A stretch of DNA of 64,000 bases from Lama guanicoe. Its lineage: Eukaryota. The number at the start of each line of letters is the position of its first letter. The first letter of the stretch is position 1. The stretch is taken from contig MU056000.1 in NCBI GenBank assembly GCA_013239625.1, forward strand, positions 11,979,175-12,043,174. The letters are read 5' to 3'. Both the position numbers and the translations under genes were made by a program. The notes beneath the pieces were generated by a model, which saw only the letters and a program-made list of their open reading frames with translations, was not told the DNA's origin and made no database searches. This document shows, piece by piece, positions 38,573-52,074 of the stretch.

Positions 38573-39594
38573 CAACAAATACAGATATAATTTTACAAAA
38601 AGACTGGAAAAGGTAAACAAAACTGAAAGCAAGTTTAATTTCTAGGTGATGGGTTTACAAGAGATTTGAGTTTTCTTCTCTATAATTAGTTTCCTAGGTG
38701 AGCATGTATTACTTTTAAAATTAGGGGAAAAAGTTATGCTTCAAATGCCACTAGGCAAATACGACTATAAATAATGTTTGGGAGCAATAAAGAGAGAGAG
38801 AGAGAGACAAAGAAAAAGAGAGACAAACAGAGAGACAGAAATCTTCAACTACCTGTGAAGTCTTAATTTATTGTCAAACAATCACAACATAGGCCAGGGC
38901 AAGTTAAGAGGAAGGTCCAGTACTAGTAATTCTTCTTTCTCTGGTCATTTGAATTTATTGAAGCAAGAATGCTATTAGGTAACACCTAACTAATCTAGCT
39001 TAATTATTTTATATATTTACAAGTGAACTAGATTTTCAAATTCTTAGTAATGCAAGATCCAGTGCTTCATCAAATCTAAAAAGCCAGGAGGCTGAGAGAA
39101 TCTGAAAACATGGGTCAAAACGATCAGAGGTGGAATTTGCGATTCTTAGTAAGTGGCTGCAGGCACCCACGGCGTTGCCACAGGAAAGGGCAACGTACAC
39201 ACACTTTTAATTATGCAACGACGAAGCAGCTCTAAAATAACGGGGGAGAAGAAGGTGACTGAACTCATGTTAAATCAGATTATGGAATTACATCAACTTA
39301 AAAGAATGTCCAAAATTATCAACAATAAAAATTACAAATACAAAATTGAGTGCTTTGCACTTCGGAGCCTTGAGTATTAAGTCATTTAGGGTCACCTAAG
39401 GGCTGCTGCTGCCAGACTCACGGAGAGCCTGACCTCTGGTTTTCTGGCCACGTTCTGACTTGATAAATCTGCTCGAATACAAGGAGAACATGTTACACGT
39501 GAAAGGTACACACAGCCAGGAACTAACAATTTATTTATCACCCTGTCAATGAAGCCAGTGGGCTATGAAATGTACTTTCTGTTTCATTTTATTT

Positions 39595-39774
39595 ATTTTA
39601 TTGAGGTATAGCTGCTGTGCAATATTATGTAAGTTACAGGTGTATAACATAGTGATTCACAATTTTTAAAGGTTATACTCCATTTATAGCTATTACAAAA
39701 CATTGGCTATATTCCCTGTCTTGCACAGTATATCCCTGTAGCTTATTCATTTTATACATAAAAGGTCATACCTC
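39595..39774 (-). mobile_element. LINE-1 3'-end fragment
   Basis: L1 3' terminus with TSD ct(g/a)tttcattttattt at 39579-39594 and 39775-39790. Confidence 0.82.
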
Positions 39775-41155
39775 CTATTTCATTTTATTTTTAAAGCTTC
39801 AAGAAATCTATCAGTTGCGGTTGTGAAGTTGCATGTCAGTTTCAGGGAGGGCTTTTAGCTTGATTCCTGAGAGAAGAGAACAGTCTTTACATGCCTAGCA
39901 GGAAGTATTTTTGAAAATTCATTTTTTTTCCGTAGGGACACCGATGGGGAAGAAACAAGAAGCAGAACTATCCCTCTCGTTGTCCTCAAACAGCTTTCAA
40001 AACAGCTTGTAGTCCTTTGTTGCATACTTGTCTTCAACTGGTCTGATTTTCAAAGAACGGCTTTAAGAAATGAACACAACAGACTGGAATCCGGATGAAG
40101 AACTTTGAGAAACTTGCGGACCACATCTCGGCAGCTCTGGCTAAGAGCTCACCATCTCTCAGTGGCTGAATTGGGTCCTGTTCTTCCAGAGAGAGAATAA
40201 AAGGGCTTTGACTCGCCACTGTGTAGTATATGACTACAGCACTGTGCTCAGTTATTATTTTTGAAAAAAAGGAATAAATGGCCTATTTGGATTTCTATGC
40301 TGGCAGATAGAGACTTTCACAGGGCTGCTTGGCCTCCAGGCAGGCCTGGACATCCTCAGCCCAAGGCTCACCCAAGCTCAGATACACGTAAGCTAAAATC
40401 CAGCATATTCCGAATTTCAGTGAATATTTTTTTCCCTAGGAGAATAATTTGTTCATTGAATCCAATCAACTGTATCCTTCATACCACAACTTTCTTTTAA
40501 AACTCATGGCAATGTGCCCCACCCCAACTACAATTCTGGCCCAAATTCAGCTAAAAAATACAGCTTCCAAATAGTTTGCCTTAATAGAAAGGTGACAAAA
40601 TACAAGTTACAAGATAATTTTTAGACACTTTTGAAAACACTAAAACTGTAAAATCTAGTAGTTTCAATGCATGAGTCAGAATTGTTGCTGTGCTTAATAT
40701 TAATAGCAAAGAAGGAAAGAAAACTTCTTAAGCTACCAGGTGACTATTTAATGCTTCTTACTTGGTAATTCATCCGGTCTGTAAAATTTTGATAAGTATG
40801 ATGATTCATAAATAAAGAAAATGCAGTTTTCACACTAAATTCTATTCCTCAGAGGAGACAACTTAGCAAATGCTAGATGACTTTTCACTTTTAACCGAGG
40901 CATAATGTTGTGCTCAAGGATTTAATTAATTAGACAGCTCTTACTTAACAAATGAGCCAATCTGTTCTGGGCCTGTGAGCTGGGGCACGCTCAGGGCTTG
41001 GGTTTACAACCAACAATTCTTGGCTCCTTTTCTCCGGGGGAGAAAAAGGGAACCAGCTAGAACGCTTTGACTGGCAGTTATTTGGAAGTTAATAAGACAA
41101 AAGTGCATTTCATCTCACGAAGAAGTGGGGCCACAGAATCGCCTCTCCTGAGGAC

Positions 41156-41157
<2 letters not shown>

Positions 41158-41206
<49 letters not shown>
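41158..41206. repeat. (GA)n microsatellite grading into (GCGA)n
   Basis: About 19 GA units followed by gcgagcgagcg. Confidence 0.95.
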
Positions 41207-41920
41207 CTCAGAGTAGGAGGCCTGGGGTTTTACTAAACTGGAGGCAAAAAGCCCGCAGCTCTCGCTAATCCCTGCCGGCTCTAGAAAGACTGACTCTGCT
41301 AATTCTCTGCCGTGCTCCTCGAGGCAGCTCAAGGTGAGGCAAAGTAGATCCGATGCCCTGGTCACATCCTTGGAAAGCCACGCCCCACCTCTGTGAAGGC
41401 CACCTGGCCGAGGCACCGGGACTCCTACTAAAACATCCCAGAGCTCTCTTAATCCTCAAAATCTTTGCTGTATTTTCTGTAAATTGACACTGAACACTAA
41501 AACAAGATTTATGATGCGAGCAGCTCCTTAATCTGGGTTACAATGTACAAAACTACTAAAGAAATAGGGAAAGACACTTGGAATTTGACTGGTACACACG
41601 TAAGTAAAGTATTTCTTTCTAATTTATACTTATTTAGAAAAACAGGCCAAACTGAAGCCAATTTTATGGCTTTAAAGTACAATGTGCACAATTTCTCCTG
41701 TGTTAACGGAGGGTTTCATTCAGTCAGCTGCCAGTCACATGAGAAATCAGAGCCATGATGATACGACAGATCACGTTCCACCCCGATTTGAGGAAGGGGT
41801 CAGAGAAGATGTTAATTTGGTTCGGCTGACAGACTGCTGTATAAATCCTGTTCAGATCGCAGTCAGTGCTTACTGTTTATTAAAGAAAAAGGTCCAGCAC
41901 AAGCCCTTCTTAGGACTTAC

Positions 41921-41985
41921 CCACTGAGAATCACATTTGCACAAAATGAACTTTCCAGGTGCAAAAATTGACATGTGAATGGCAT
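41921..41985 (-). other. Candidate spliced exon B (65 nt)
   Basis: Donor TGG|gtaagt; acceptor aattttaatcag|A with a weak pyrimidine tract. Confidence 0.35.
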
Positions 41986-42221
41986 CTGATTAAAATTATC
42001 CAATTTTTATTGCTGATGACAGCAGAAATTCGATGCTGGCTTTACTGTCATTTGCTGGTTAGCGTGTTAAACATTTACGAGTCCTTTTAGCATACACATG
42101 CACCACCATCTTCATGCTGAATTTTGGAGGAAATACTTTAAGCTTCGCTGAGAAAAGTAAATTTTCCCAGAGTCTATGAAATAAGGCATTAGGACTGTAG
42201 GAAGGAAAATAATTCCTCTTC

Positions 42222-42978
42222 TTTTCTGGTTTTATGGAGATATAATCGACATATAACATTGTGTAAGTTTAAGGTGTCCAATAGGATGATCTGATAGACG
42301 TACATATTGCAAAATGATTATCACAGTGGGTAATTAACTGGTCCTTCACCTAATCACCATTTTGGTGTGGTGGTGGCGAGAACATCTAAGGTCTGCTGTC
42401 TTAGCAACTTGCAAGCAAACAATACAATACTGTTAGCCACAGACCCCAGGCTGTACATTAGATCCCCAAGACCCACCACCCTTATAACTGGAGGCTTGAG
42501 CCCTTTGACCAGCATCTCCTCATTTCCCTCATTCCCCAGTCTCTGGCAATACCAATCTACTCTGTTTTTTTATGAGCAACTCTTTTAGATTCCGCATACA
42601 AATGAGATCATACAGTATTTGACTTTCTGTGTCTGACTTATTTCACTTAGGATAACAACCTCCACGTTCATCCATGTTGTCACAAACAGCAGAATTTCCT
42701 TCTTTTTTAATGGCTGAATAATATTCCAGTGTGTACAACGTTACCAACTTTACCAGGTCATCCATGGGTGGCTGCTGTGAGCAGTGCTGCAAGGAACGTG
42801 GCGAGTGCGGACATCTCTTCAGGACAGCAATTCCATTCCCTTCAGATCTACATCCAGGAGTGGAATTACTGGACCATATGAACATTTTATTTTTAATTTT
42901 TTGAGCAACCTCTATACTGTTTTCCATAGCGGCTGCACCAATTGATATTCCTACCCACAGTGCACAAGGGTTCCCTTC
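42222..42978 (-). mobile_element. L1MA-like 3' fragment
   Basis: ORF 42643-42927 retains TLEYYSAIKK (ORF2 C-terminus); L1MA-type 3' UTR. Confidence 0.85.
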
Positions 42979-45978
42979 GCAAAGAGCTGTTTTTTCATGT
43001 AAAAGCTCTACAATGACATTATGAAGGTATTAATGGTCCAATATTTCATCCACCTTTTGAACAGTGAACTTAATGGCCCTTAAAGAAGCCCCACGGAGAG
43101 AAGGCCTGGTTCATTCTGAGGCTGAGCACAAACTACTAGCGCAATGGTGAGAAGAGGAAAAAGTGGCCCTGGCTGACAGACCTGTGACTCCCAGCTCTAC
43201 GGGCCATGATGGGGGGCGAGGGGAGGAGGGGAAATGTTGATTTCTAAGTACCACCAAGTGACAGCAAGGTTTCTGAGCTCGGCGCCTTAGACCTCGGAAG
43301 TGAAGAGACCCTAACCCCACCTGCCTCACGTGAACAAAACAGCGTCTCTTTCTGCCTGCAAAGATCCTCCTATCCATCGCTGTATTTTATTCTCAAAATA
43401 AAATGGTTTGGAATTTTTCCATGTTAAAAACACAAGCACTAGCCAGTAGCAGATGCCAAGAATTACTGTAAACAACATACCAAATCATCATCAAATAAAT
43501 AAATACATACTTTAATTTCACATCTCCAATGTGATGAATAGAGACCGGGATGAAATTACACAATGGGAACTGCAGTGAAAAAATGTGGGAAAGTATCTCT
43601 TCCAGCGTGGATTAAGTCACCTTGAAGAGGAACTGGCCAAACAGAACGGTGAAAGGGTAGCAAATACGAAAGGAACAATAATCCCCCTCAAATCGCATCA
43701 GTTTTCAGGGTTGGAAGGGATATTCGAGATGATTCTCTCTCTTCCCTCCTCACTCTGCACATGAGAAAACTGAGGCCGAGGGGGGAATGAATCTGGCACG
43801 ATCACTAGTTGCAGGGTTGGGACCAGGATGGAAAATTAGTTGCATCTGAATATCCATCCAGGTGATTCAAAAGTGAAGGAGGCCCTTCCTAAAAAGAGGC
43901 TATTTCCATGATCCTGGCTTCTCTGGGGACACCTGGACGCCTTCCCAAAGGCGTGGAAGAGTATCAATCTAAAAAAACAGCCGCATAATAAGAATCTACT
44001 CACTTCCTGACCAAACCGAACGTTGGCAAAGTGAGAGCCTTGGTCCTGCGATGCTCACTCATAGCTAATACTTTTTCTTTTTCCAAACCTTTATCAAATA
44101 TTCCAACAGTTTCTATGTTAAGAGAAAGTGCACAGTGGAAATTCTCCCAGGCAATTTGTCACCACTTCAGAAGGGCTGTGGACGGCAAGGGGTCCGGGAG
44201 AGAAGGGGCAGTGACTTGAAGGGCAAATTGAGTGTCAGTAAATTGGAAAGAATACTGCGGCAAAGAGCTTCCAGAATTCCTGCGAAGTCATACTAGCTCA
44301 TTTGGTCAAACCTTTCCCCAACCAGGATGAGGGAGCAAGCTCAATTTCTTCACCTGACCAATGGAGAAGCTTAAAACACTTATCCAACGAGGCCCAGTGT
44401 GTCTGCAGGGGCAGGGCGGCTGTGCCTCCAGGCCGGGGGCATGTCTGTGCCAGGAGGATCGGTTTCCCTCTTACAGCCAATGCTTCCCTCTGCTGAGTCT
44501 CTTAGCAAGATTACATTCTGCCCATGAAAATCGGGGCTCCAAAATGAGGGAACACGCCAGCCGAGGTAAACTGGTCTTAAACTTAGCCTTTACACCTGAA
44601 ATAAACACTATTTCCATAAGCGCTGGTTTCAAGGGTACATTAGATAAAATAATAGGTTACAGTTTTCTTCAGGGATGTTTAAAGGCACTCCTTTGTCTCC
44701 TTTTGAGCCTTCACCGCATGCTGTCCACCTGGAGGTAAGTCCAGCACCCAACCAGCCCTCTTTAAGTCGGACAAGGATATTTTTAAGGCAGAATTTAAAC
44801 AAATAAATCACTACGAAAATTCACTTTACTGGAATAGTCGTCCTTATGTTTTCTTCACTTTCCCACTTCTCATGTGCACAGCTGGTGATGTGAAGTGTGG
44901 TCCTCGCATCAACCGCCCCAGCTCTGTTCCCTTCTGGGGGAGTGGGGGGACAGCAGCGTTACTTCAGGATGGGGGACGGTAGAGGAGAAGGGAACTAATT
45001 TGCTCCTGGTGGGCGAGGAGCCCAGAGGCCGGCGGACATTCGCTGCCCCCTCACACCCCGGAGCCTACCTGCGCCTCCCCCACCCCAGAGCTCTCTGAAC
45101 TGGCAGCCTGGCTCACCTTCGGGAACGTTCCAGCAGAGTTCCGTGACTCAGCCTTGTCTCGTTCTTCCCCGACTTACAGCAGTGTTGCTCACGCCCCAAA
45201 ATAAAGTCTGGAAGGAGGTCCCCCCTGAAATCACCCCCACCTTTCCTCTCAGTTCGCACACATCACGGGACCCAATGTAACAGCAAGACACGAACTATTT
45301 CCCAGAGCAAGTCCCAATTAGGTTATATTTGCCTTTATTTTCCCACCCTTATAAACCACTGTTGTAAATCTTTTCACTAAAATATTATTTCAGGGATGCA
45401 GCTTGGCGGCGCGGTCACCTCCCCCACCCCGCTCGCGGTAACGCTGAAAGAAAGTTCCCTACCTTTCACTGAGGCTCCTCCACAGCTGTGCACCTGCCAC
45501 AGGGGAAGTAAAAACGAAACATTAATGGAGGCATCTTCCTCTTGAGGCATTTCTCAACTTGTTCATTTAAAATGGCATGCTTAGATCTTTAGACTCCAGA
45601 AACCATCGAATCATACAGTGTATACCTCTGGTCCGTAACTCATTCAGGCAAACTGTCCACAAATGTCCACTGAGACTCTGCTATACGCAGAACCCTTGGA
45701 TAGGAACCACGGGAGATGGAGCACGACAGGACACGTGGTCCTGCCTCCGGGGCTGCACTGAGCAGCGGGGCAGGCAGAACCTGCACCCCAGTAAGTACGA
45801 ACCAAGGCAGGTGGTGTTGGAACTCTACAGGGAACATATGCCACGAGAATTCAGGGAGGAGAGAACACGTGGCTGGTCAAGAAAGCACCGATCATACAGG
45901 TGGTATGTAAGGTGAGCTTTGAAATGGTACCCACCAGAGGGGAACGGAAACAACGGTTACTGGAGAAAGGAGATTTTT

Positions 45979-46032
45979 TTCCATTTTTAAAAAAATTTAA
46001 GCTGTACAGCGAAGTCATTCAGTTATACATAT

Positions 46033-46066
<34 letters not shown>

Positions 46067-46669
46067 TCTTTTTCAGATTCTTTTCCATTATAGGTCATTA
46101 CAGGATATTGAATATAGTTCCCTGTGCTATACAGTAGGGTTTTGTTATCTTTTTTATATACAGCAGTGTATATCTGTTCATCTCAAACTCCTAATTTATC
46201 CCTCCCTGCCTTTCCCCTTTGGTAACCATAAATTTGTTTTCTATGCCTTTGAGTCTCTTTCTGTTCTGTAAATAAGTTCATTTGTATCACTTTTTTAGAT
46301 TCCACATATAAATGATATATGATATTTGCCTTTCTCTGTCTGACTTACTTTATTTAGTATGATCATCTCTAGGTCCATCCATGTTGCTGCACATGGCATT
46401 ATTTCATTCTTTTTATGGTTGAGTAGTATTCCACTGTATGAATATACATCTTCTTTACCTATTCATCTGTTGATGGACATTTAGGTTGCTTCCATGTCTT
46501 GACTACTGTAAACAGTACTGCTATGAACATTGGGTACATGTATCTTTTCAAATTAAGAGTTTTCATCCTTTCCAGATATAAGCCCAGGAGTGGGATTGTT
46601 GGATCATATGGTAACTCTATTTTTAGTTTTTTAAGGACTCTCCATATTGTTTTCCATAGTGGCTACATC
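45979..46669 (-). mobile_element. LINE-1 3' fragment (about 0.7 kb) with internal (CA)n(TA)n
   Basis: Homologous to the end of ORF2 and the 3' UTR of the 60658 L1. TSD aag(g/a)agattttt at 45967-45978 and 46670-46681. Confidence 0.9.
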
Positions 46670-47433
46670 AAGAAGATTTTTATCTATTAATTCTTTTGAT
46701 GTTCTGAACGTATATCTAGGCTCAAATGAAATCAACATTTTATATACATATAAGATACACACCTATATCTCATTTGCTTTCTTACTTCTCCAATGACTTT
46801 CTTCATTGGACTGTCATGATATTATACTCCCAGCAGCTACCAGCTTTAATGAAGTTCAATAAAAGAAATGGCCACGGGGTGGCTTCTGCTTCTTCTATCA
46901 AACAAATGCCAAAGATGCTATTCCTTTTGTTCTTCAGTATCCCCTATCAAAGATCTATGTGATAAATTCTTAAAATTTAGCCCCAGGAAAAAGCTTCTCC
47001 AAATTGCTTGCATCCTTTCATCAGATTATTAGAATCGTGCAGTTGATCTGGTTTCCCTTTTTGCCTTGGCTGCCAGTAAGTGCAGGGATAAATCTGTTGT
47101 TCACTTATAGTCATCAAGTTAAAGTTTCCTGTTCTTCTACTAGACCTTTTAAAAAGTCTTATTTTTTTATGTTCTTTATAAGACTGTCTCAAATATTTTG
47201 GAGTTAGGTGGCATATCGAAACAAAGCAAATAAACAACTCAAAGAATCTAAGGAATTATGAGCACTAGTAACATGTCACCTAAAGTTGGAAAGTTGGATA
47301 GACTGAATTTTAGCAGCAACATCTCATCTCATCATGTGATGTGTCTCTGGTAACACTGAAGCTGACAGTGGAGAGAGGAAATAACAGAATGGGGTGTTTG
47401 GTTGTTCATTTTGTCATTAAAGTTGGAAACATG

Positions 47434-47503
47434 ATACAATAGCCAAGATATGGAAGCAACCTAAATGTCCATTCATAAACAAATAAAGGAGATGTGGTGT
47501 CTG

Positions 47504-47547
<44 letters not shown>

Positions 47548-48006
47548 AATATTACTCAACCATAAAAAGGAAAGAAATCTTGCCATTTGCAGCAACACAG
47601 ACACACTTGAGGGTATTATGCCAAGTGAAATAAGTCAGACAGAAAAATAAATACCATATGATTTCACTTATATGTGGAATCTAAAAGGCAAAACAAATGA
47701 GCAAACAAAACAAAAGAGAAACAGATTCATAGATACAGAGAACAAACCCATGGTTGCCAGACAGGAGAGGGGGTCGAGGGGCAGACAAAATAGGTGAAGG
47801 GGATTAAGAGGTAAAGACTTTCAGCTATAAGATAAATAAGCCATGGGGATATAATGTCCACATAGAGAAAATAATATTGTAACAACTTTGTGTGCTGACG
47901 GCTGGTAACTGGTCTCCTGTGATCATTTCACAAGGTACAGAATTTTGAGTCACTATGTTGTTGACCTGAGACTTATATAATATTGTGTGTTTATTATAAT
48001 AAAAAA
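47434..48006 (+). mobile_element. L1MA-like 3' fragment
   Basis: acaatagccaagatatggaagcaacctaaatgtcca...aagtgaaataagtcagacaga...tgtggaatctaaaa...aataaaaaa. Confidence 0.85.
47507..47544. repeat. (AC)19 microsatellite
   Basis: Perfect dinucleotide run inside the L1 fragment. Confidence 0.95.
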
Positions 48007-48029
48007 CATCTGAAAAACAAAGATGTCTG

Positions 48030-48910
48030 CTGGCTAAGGGAACGAGGCCGGTAAGGATGGTAAGGACAGCAGCCCCGCAGTCACAGAACACAGACTAGGC
48101 CAGGGCTGCGCAGGGCCAAGGGCAGTAGTTAGAGGCTGAGCAGGAGGAAACTCAAACTGGGGGCGAAGAGCTGGGGCCAGCGGAGTGAGGGGCCACTGTG
48201 GGCGTGGTGGTGGGGCTGAACGGAAGGAAGCACCGAGGACTGAATTCCAGCCTTTGCAGGGGTTGGAGACAATACCTCCAAAGGCTAAGGTCAAAGATGA
48301 GGCCACACGGTGGGAGACAGAAGCCCCTGACCACACAGGTCATCAGGCTACAAGTCGGAGAGACAGAGAATGGAGGTGCACAAAGGCTGCAGTTCACAGG
48401 CCACGATTCCAAGCAGGTCCACATTCAACTGCGACCAGAACGTGGCATCCAAGGGATAGTGTAGACCTGGCAGGAGGAATGGCTTCCAGGGACAGTGGTG
48501 GGCACTGCTCCATGGGTAGTCCACGGGGACCCACGGAGCCCTCCTCCCACTGCTCAGGGCAGGAGCTGACGAGCATCTCAGAGAGAGCTGGGGGCGGACA
48601 CGATGGGGTCTTTGGCAAAGAAAGAGAAGGAGAAGGTGGTGAAGGAAAAGTGAGAGGCTGCAGGAGAAGGTTCGCACCTGCAGAAGAGCTCCCAGTGCTC
48701 AGACGAAAGGATTAATGCTGGCGGCAGCACGAAGTCCCCAACAATGAGAGAGGGAAGGAGACCCACAGCGGCTGGAAGGTGTTCCCGTGGTGACTCGGGA
48801 ACCAGAGACACAGGGCCCTGTGGGTATCACAACAATCAAGTCCCAGGAAGGCATCCCCACACCTCTCACCTATTTCATACTGAGTATCTAAGATGGTATT
48901 CAGGAGATGA
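48030..48910 (-). mobile_element. L2-like LINE internal fragment including an endonuclease relic
   Basis: Minus-strand translation SLIVGDF (ORF 48578-48811) resembles the APE IxGDFN motif. The minus strand is pyrimidine-rich, as in L2. Confidence 0.5.
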
Positions 48911-49679
48911 TGGAGGGAGAGGAAGGATATGATTAAATTCTTAACAACAGATGCTTAATATCTTTAGCCCAAAGTGTGGGGGGAAGCGGGGAGGTTGCGG
49001 GAGATGCAGGGGACAGCCAGCTTGGGGGTCCTCCCCTCGCTACTGCCGCTGTGGGCCACGGTACCTACTGAGACGCTAGCAGTGCTGCGTGAAGCCTCGG
49101 CGTCACCATCACGGCATCTGGATCTAACTCAAAGCCGTTTCTGTGCCTCCCAGAGACCCATCCATCACCGCGGGCCCCGCGCTGAAGGGCCTGCAAAGTC
49201 AGGCTCCTGCCAACTACGACCAGGGCTCAATGGGCCTTTGTCCTGAAAGACTTGACTGGAGGGGACCAGGCAGGCACCAGTGATTCCTCAGTCACAGACC
49301 CACCGGGGCACCCTGGGAAAGCACAGTAAGCAATCCTGTTTCTCCTTTTTTTTGCATGCAGCATAAATGCTGTATTCAGTGCACTGTCCCCCAGTGCAAA
49401 CAGAAAGCTTGGCCTGTGACCAGCGTCGGCCCTACAGGACGGAGCGCGAGAGCCGCACTCGGGCAGAGCGGCCCCCGTAACAGACCCCGACACAGACAGG
49501 CGCCCAACACAGGCCGACTGATGAGTGAACAAACCCACGTGACTCTGATCACGGTCGGGGCTGAACGGAGCAGCCCGTTACTGGGCCCGAGCCCCTCACT
49601 GCGCTCTTGCCTGACCCTCACACAGCCCTGCGGTATGAGGAGGACCTTCCCATTTCACAGGATAAAGAGGTTCAGATTG

Positions 49680-50134
49680 TGTCGTAGGTTGAATACTGGC
49701 CCCCGGAGATATCAGGTCTTAATCCCCGAAATGTGCACGTTACATGGAAAAGGGGATTTACCAGGTGTGATGAAGTTAGGGGTCATGAGATGGGAAGACC
49801 GACCTGGATTACCCAGGTGGGCTCCAAATATCATCTCAAGTGTCCCAGTGAGAGGAAGGCGGAGGGAGATATGACATAGACAGAGGAGGAGAGGGTGACG
49901 GGGCCACACGGCAGAGACAGGAGTGATGTCCTGCAAGCCAGAGACACCAGCAACCAGCAGGAGCTGGAACGGGCAAGGAGCCCCTCCCCAGAGGCTCTGG
50001 GGGGAGCACAGCCCTGCGACACCTTGATATTGATACTGACTTTTGAACTTCTTCCCGTAAGGGAAGAAATGTCTGTTGTACTGAGGCACCAAACTTGGGG
50101 CAATGTGTCACTGCTGCCCCAGGAAACCAACACA
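49680..50134 (+). mobile_element. MaLR solo LTR (MLT1C/D-like)
   Basis: tgtcgtaggttgaatactggcccc...ttacatggaaaagggga...agccctgcgacaccttgat...caggaaaccaacaca. Confidence 0.85.
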
Positions 50135-51967
50135 GTCACTGCGGGACTAGGAAACGAAGCCAGCCCTCTCTGGAAGGCTGCCGTTCTTCCCACCCCACCA
50201 CCTTCATCTTTTAAAGGACTGAAGCTTCACAGTGGAGAGCTCTCCTGCAACTTGTGAACAAGAAAGTTCCATATTTGCAAAAAAAGCCAATGAGTCAACA
50301 CAGGGAATTGTGTGAGGGGCCAAGAGTAAGAAAAGGACAGTTTCGTGGTCTTTCCGCTTCATCCTGGCCCCTCCCCATTTGCCTGTCCTTTATAACTTGT
50401 GCCCAGCCTGGGACCAAATTTGTACACCCCTAAAAACATCGAGATGCTCAGCTTGCTTTGTGAGTCACCTGGCTCTTCCGAGACAGAATGACAGCTGGTG
50501 AAATATGTAAGTGGCTGTTTCTTCTAAGACTCCTCCAAGGGAGCCCCTGGAGGGTGGAAATGTTACAAGGTCTACTGGAGAGAAGCAAGCTTTTCAGTTA
50601 TAAATCAAGGCAGAAACACGGGTATCGCCAGGTGTTGATCCCACCCACCCTAGTACAAGGTCCTCCAGCATGGAGATGCCCCACCTCTAGGTGGAATGAA
50701 TACATCTGGGGTAAACAGAATGTATCCGGCCAGTGCCTGCTAGGATTAGAAGGCAGACAGTTAGGTGTCTGTTCTCTGAAACAGAAAAGAGCGGGCTTGG
50801 GAGGAGGAGAGGGAGAGAAGGAAGAACATGTACAGGAACATAAATCTACAAATTCAAGAAGAGCAGTCACTGGACAAAACCAAACCTGTCTACCCTCCCA
50901 GAACACTGAATAAAGGGCTCACCTTCAAACCTGGAACCACACCAATGTAAACCAGCTTTCTAAAATGGTTTACACACAAGTTAGTTTCAAAACCACAAAG
51001 ACTTAAACCATAAACCAAATTTAAAACACTACGGTGGTACTTCTGTAACAGCCTGGATCCTTGGTCTCAGGGTTGGTGTCAGGGAGGAAAGGGTGCCTAC
51101 TACAAGCAAATCTGGGCATCTCCGCCAGGGCCAGGACCCTGGACAGTTCTTACAAGCACCGGTCTATGTGGACCCCATCCCAACTTATCCCTACCTTTGG
51201 GGTTACATTTAGTGAAAGCAACTGCCTCATTGTACTCTTGTAACCCCCACCCCTTAGCTCTTTTTGATCAAATCAGTCTTACTACATTTACATTCATGGA
51301 GCTCAATTATTTCAAGTAGAGATTTTTGCCTGTTTACAAAAACTAGCTCAACCCCCAGTAGAAGCAGCCCTCTGCAAGTATAGAAAAGCTTGACTTGGAT
51401 TTCTAATGTAGGTAAGATACTTAGAAAGCACCTTAAGCAAAATTTTCAAATATTCAAGTTCTCACTCTGAAATTTGATGTGTAAAATTAATTTAGTTTTA
51501 AACATTTATCTAACCATTACTTGTTTTTAAGCCCTGAATTCACTGTTTCTCTCTATTGAGGCAGAGAAAAATTTTGTCTAGACTACGCCATTTTCCAATG
51601 GCCCAGTTTCGTCATGTGGGAATGTAATAAATATCTAACTGTTAGCCTCACTGCAGCCTGCTTAAATATCAAAATGGTATTTAAAATAACAACACTTAGA
51701 GCCAAAAAAGAAACCAGCACACAGAAAGCTTTCGGCCAGCAGCAGTGGCTATAACTAAGGACATCAATTAGATAAAAAATAAGTAGTAGGTGTAATAAAT
51801 TTAAAATTAATATTTAACAAACACTCAAAATAGGAAAGTCAATGCCTATATAATCTGCTATTTGTTCCTTTTCAAAGGACCACTTGGTTAATATGCCTCC
51901 ACAAAAATCAGATATGCAGGGTCTATAAAGTTGAATACCCTAAAGATAAAATTCTGAGGTTTCTTAC

Positions 51968-52074
51968 CTCTTGTTCTAGACAAAGCCATCTCCTTTATTA
52001 TTTGCATAATAACACGTCCCAGCATCATGACGGAAATCAGGTGATACACTCTCCACGGGGTCAGTGCCAGGAAC
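51968..52074 (-). other. Candidate spliced exon A (107 nt) of an unidentified minus-strand gene
   Basis: Acceptor cttgtctgtttttgccgtgatag|G and donor GAG|gtaaga. Apparently unique sequence; one frame open throughout. Confidence 0.55.

Noticed and set aside
40028..40177. Minus-strand exon candidate (150 nt, or a 25-nt microexon ending at 40153)
   Set aside because: A competing AG lies just upstream, the distal donor is weak, and no product is recognised.
48185..49874. 176-aa and 172-aa ORFs
   Set aside because: They overlap degenerate L2-like and MLT1 sequence and GC-rich DNA, with no coding signature.
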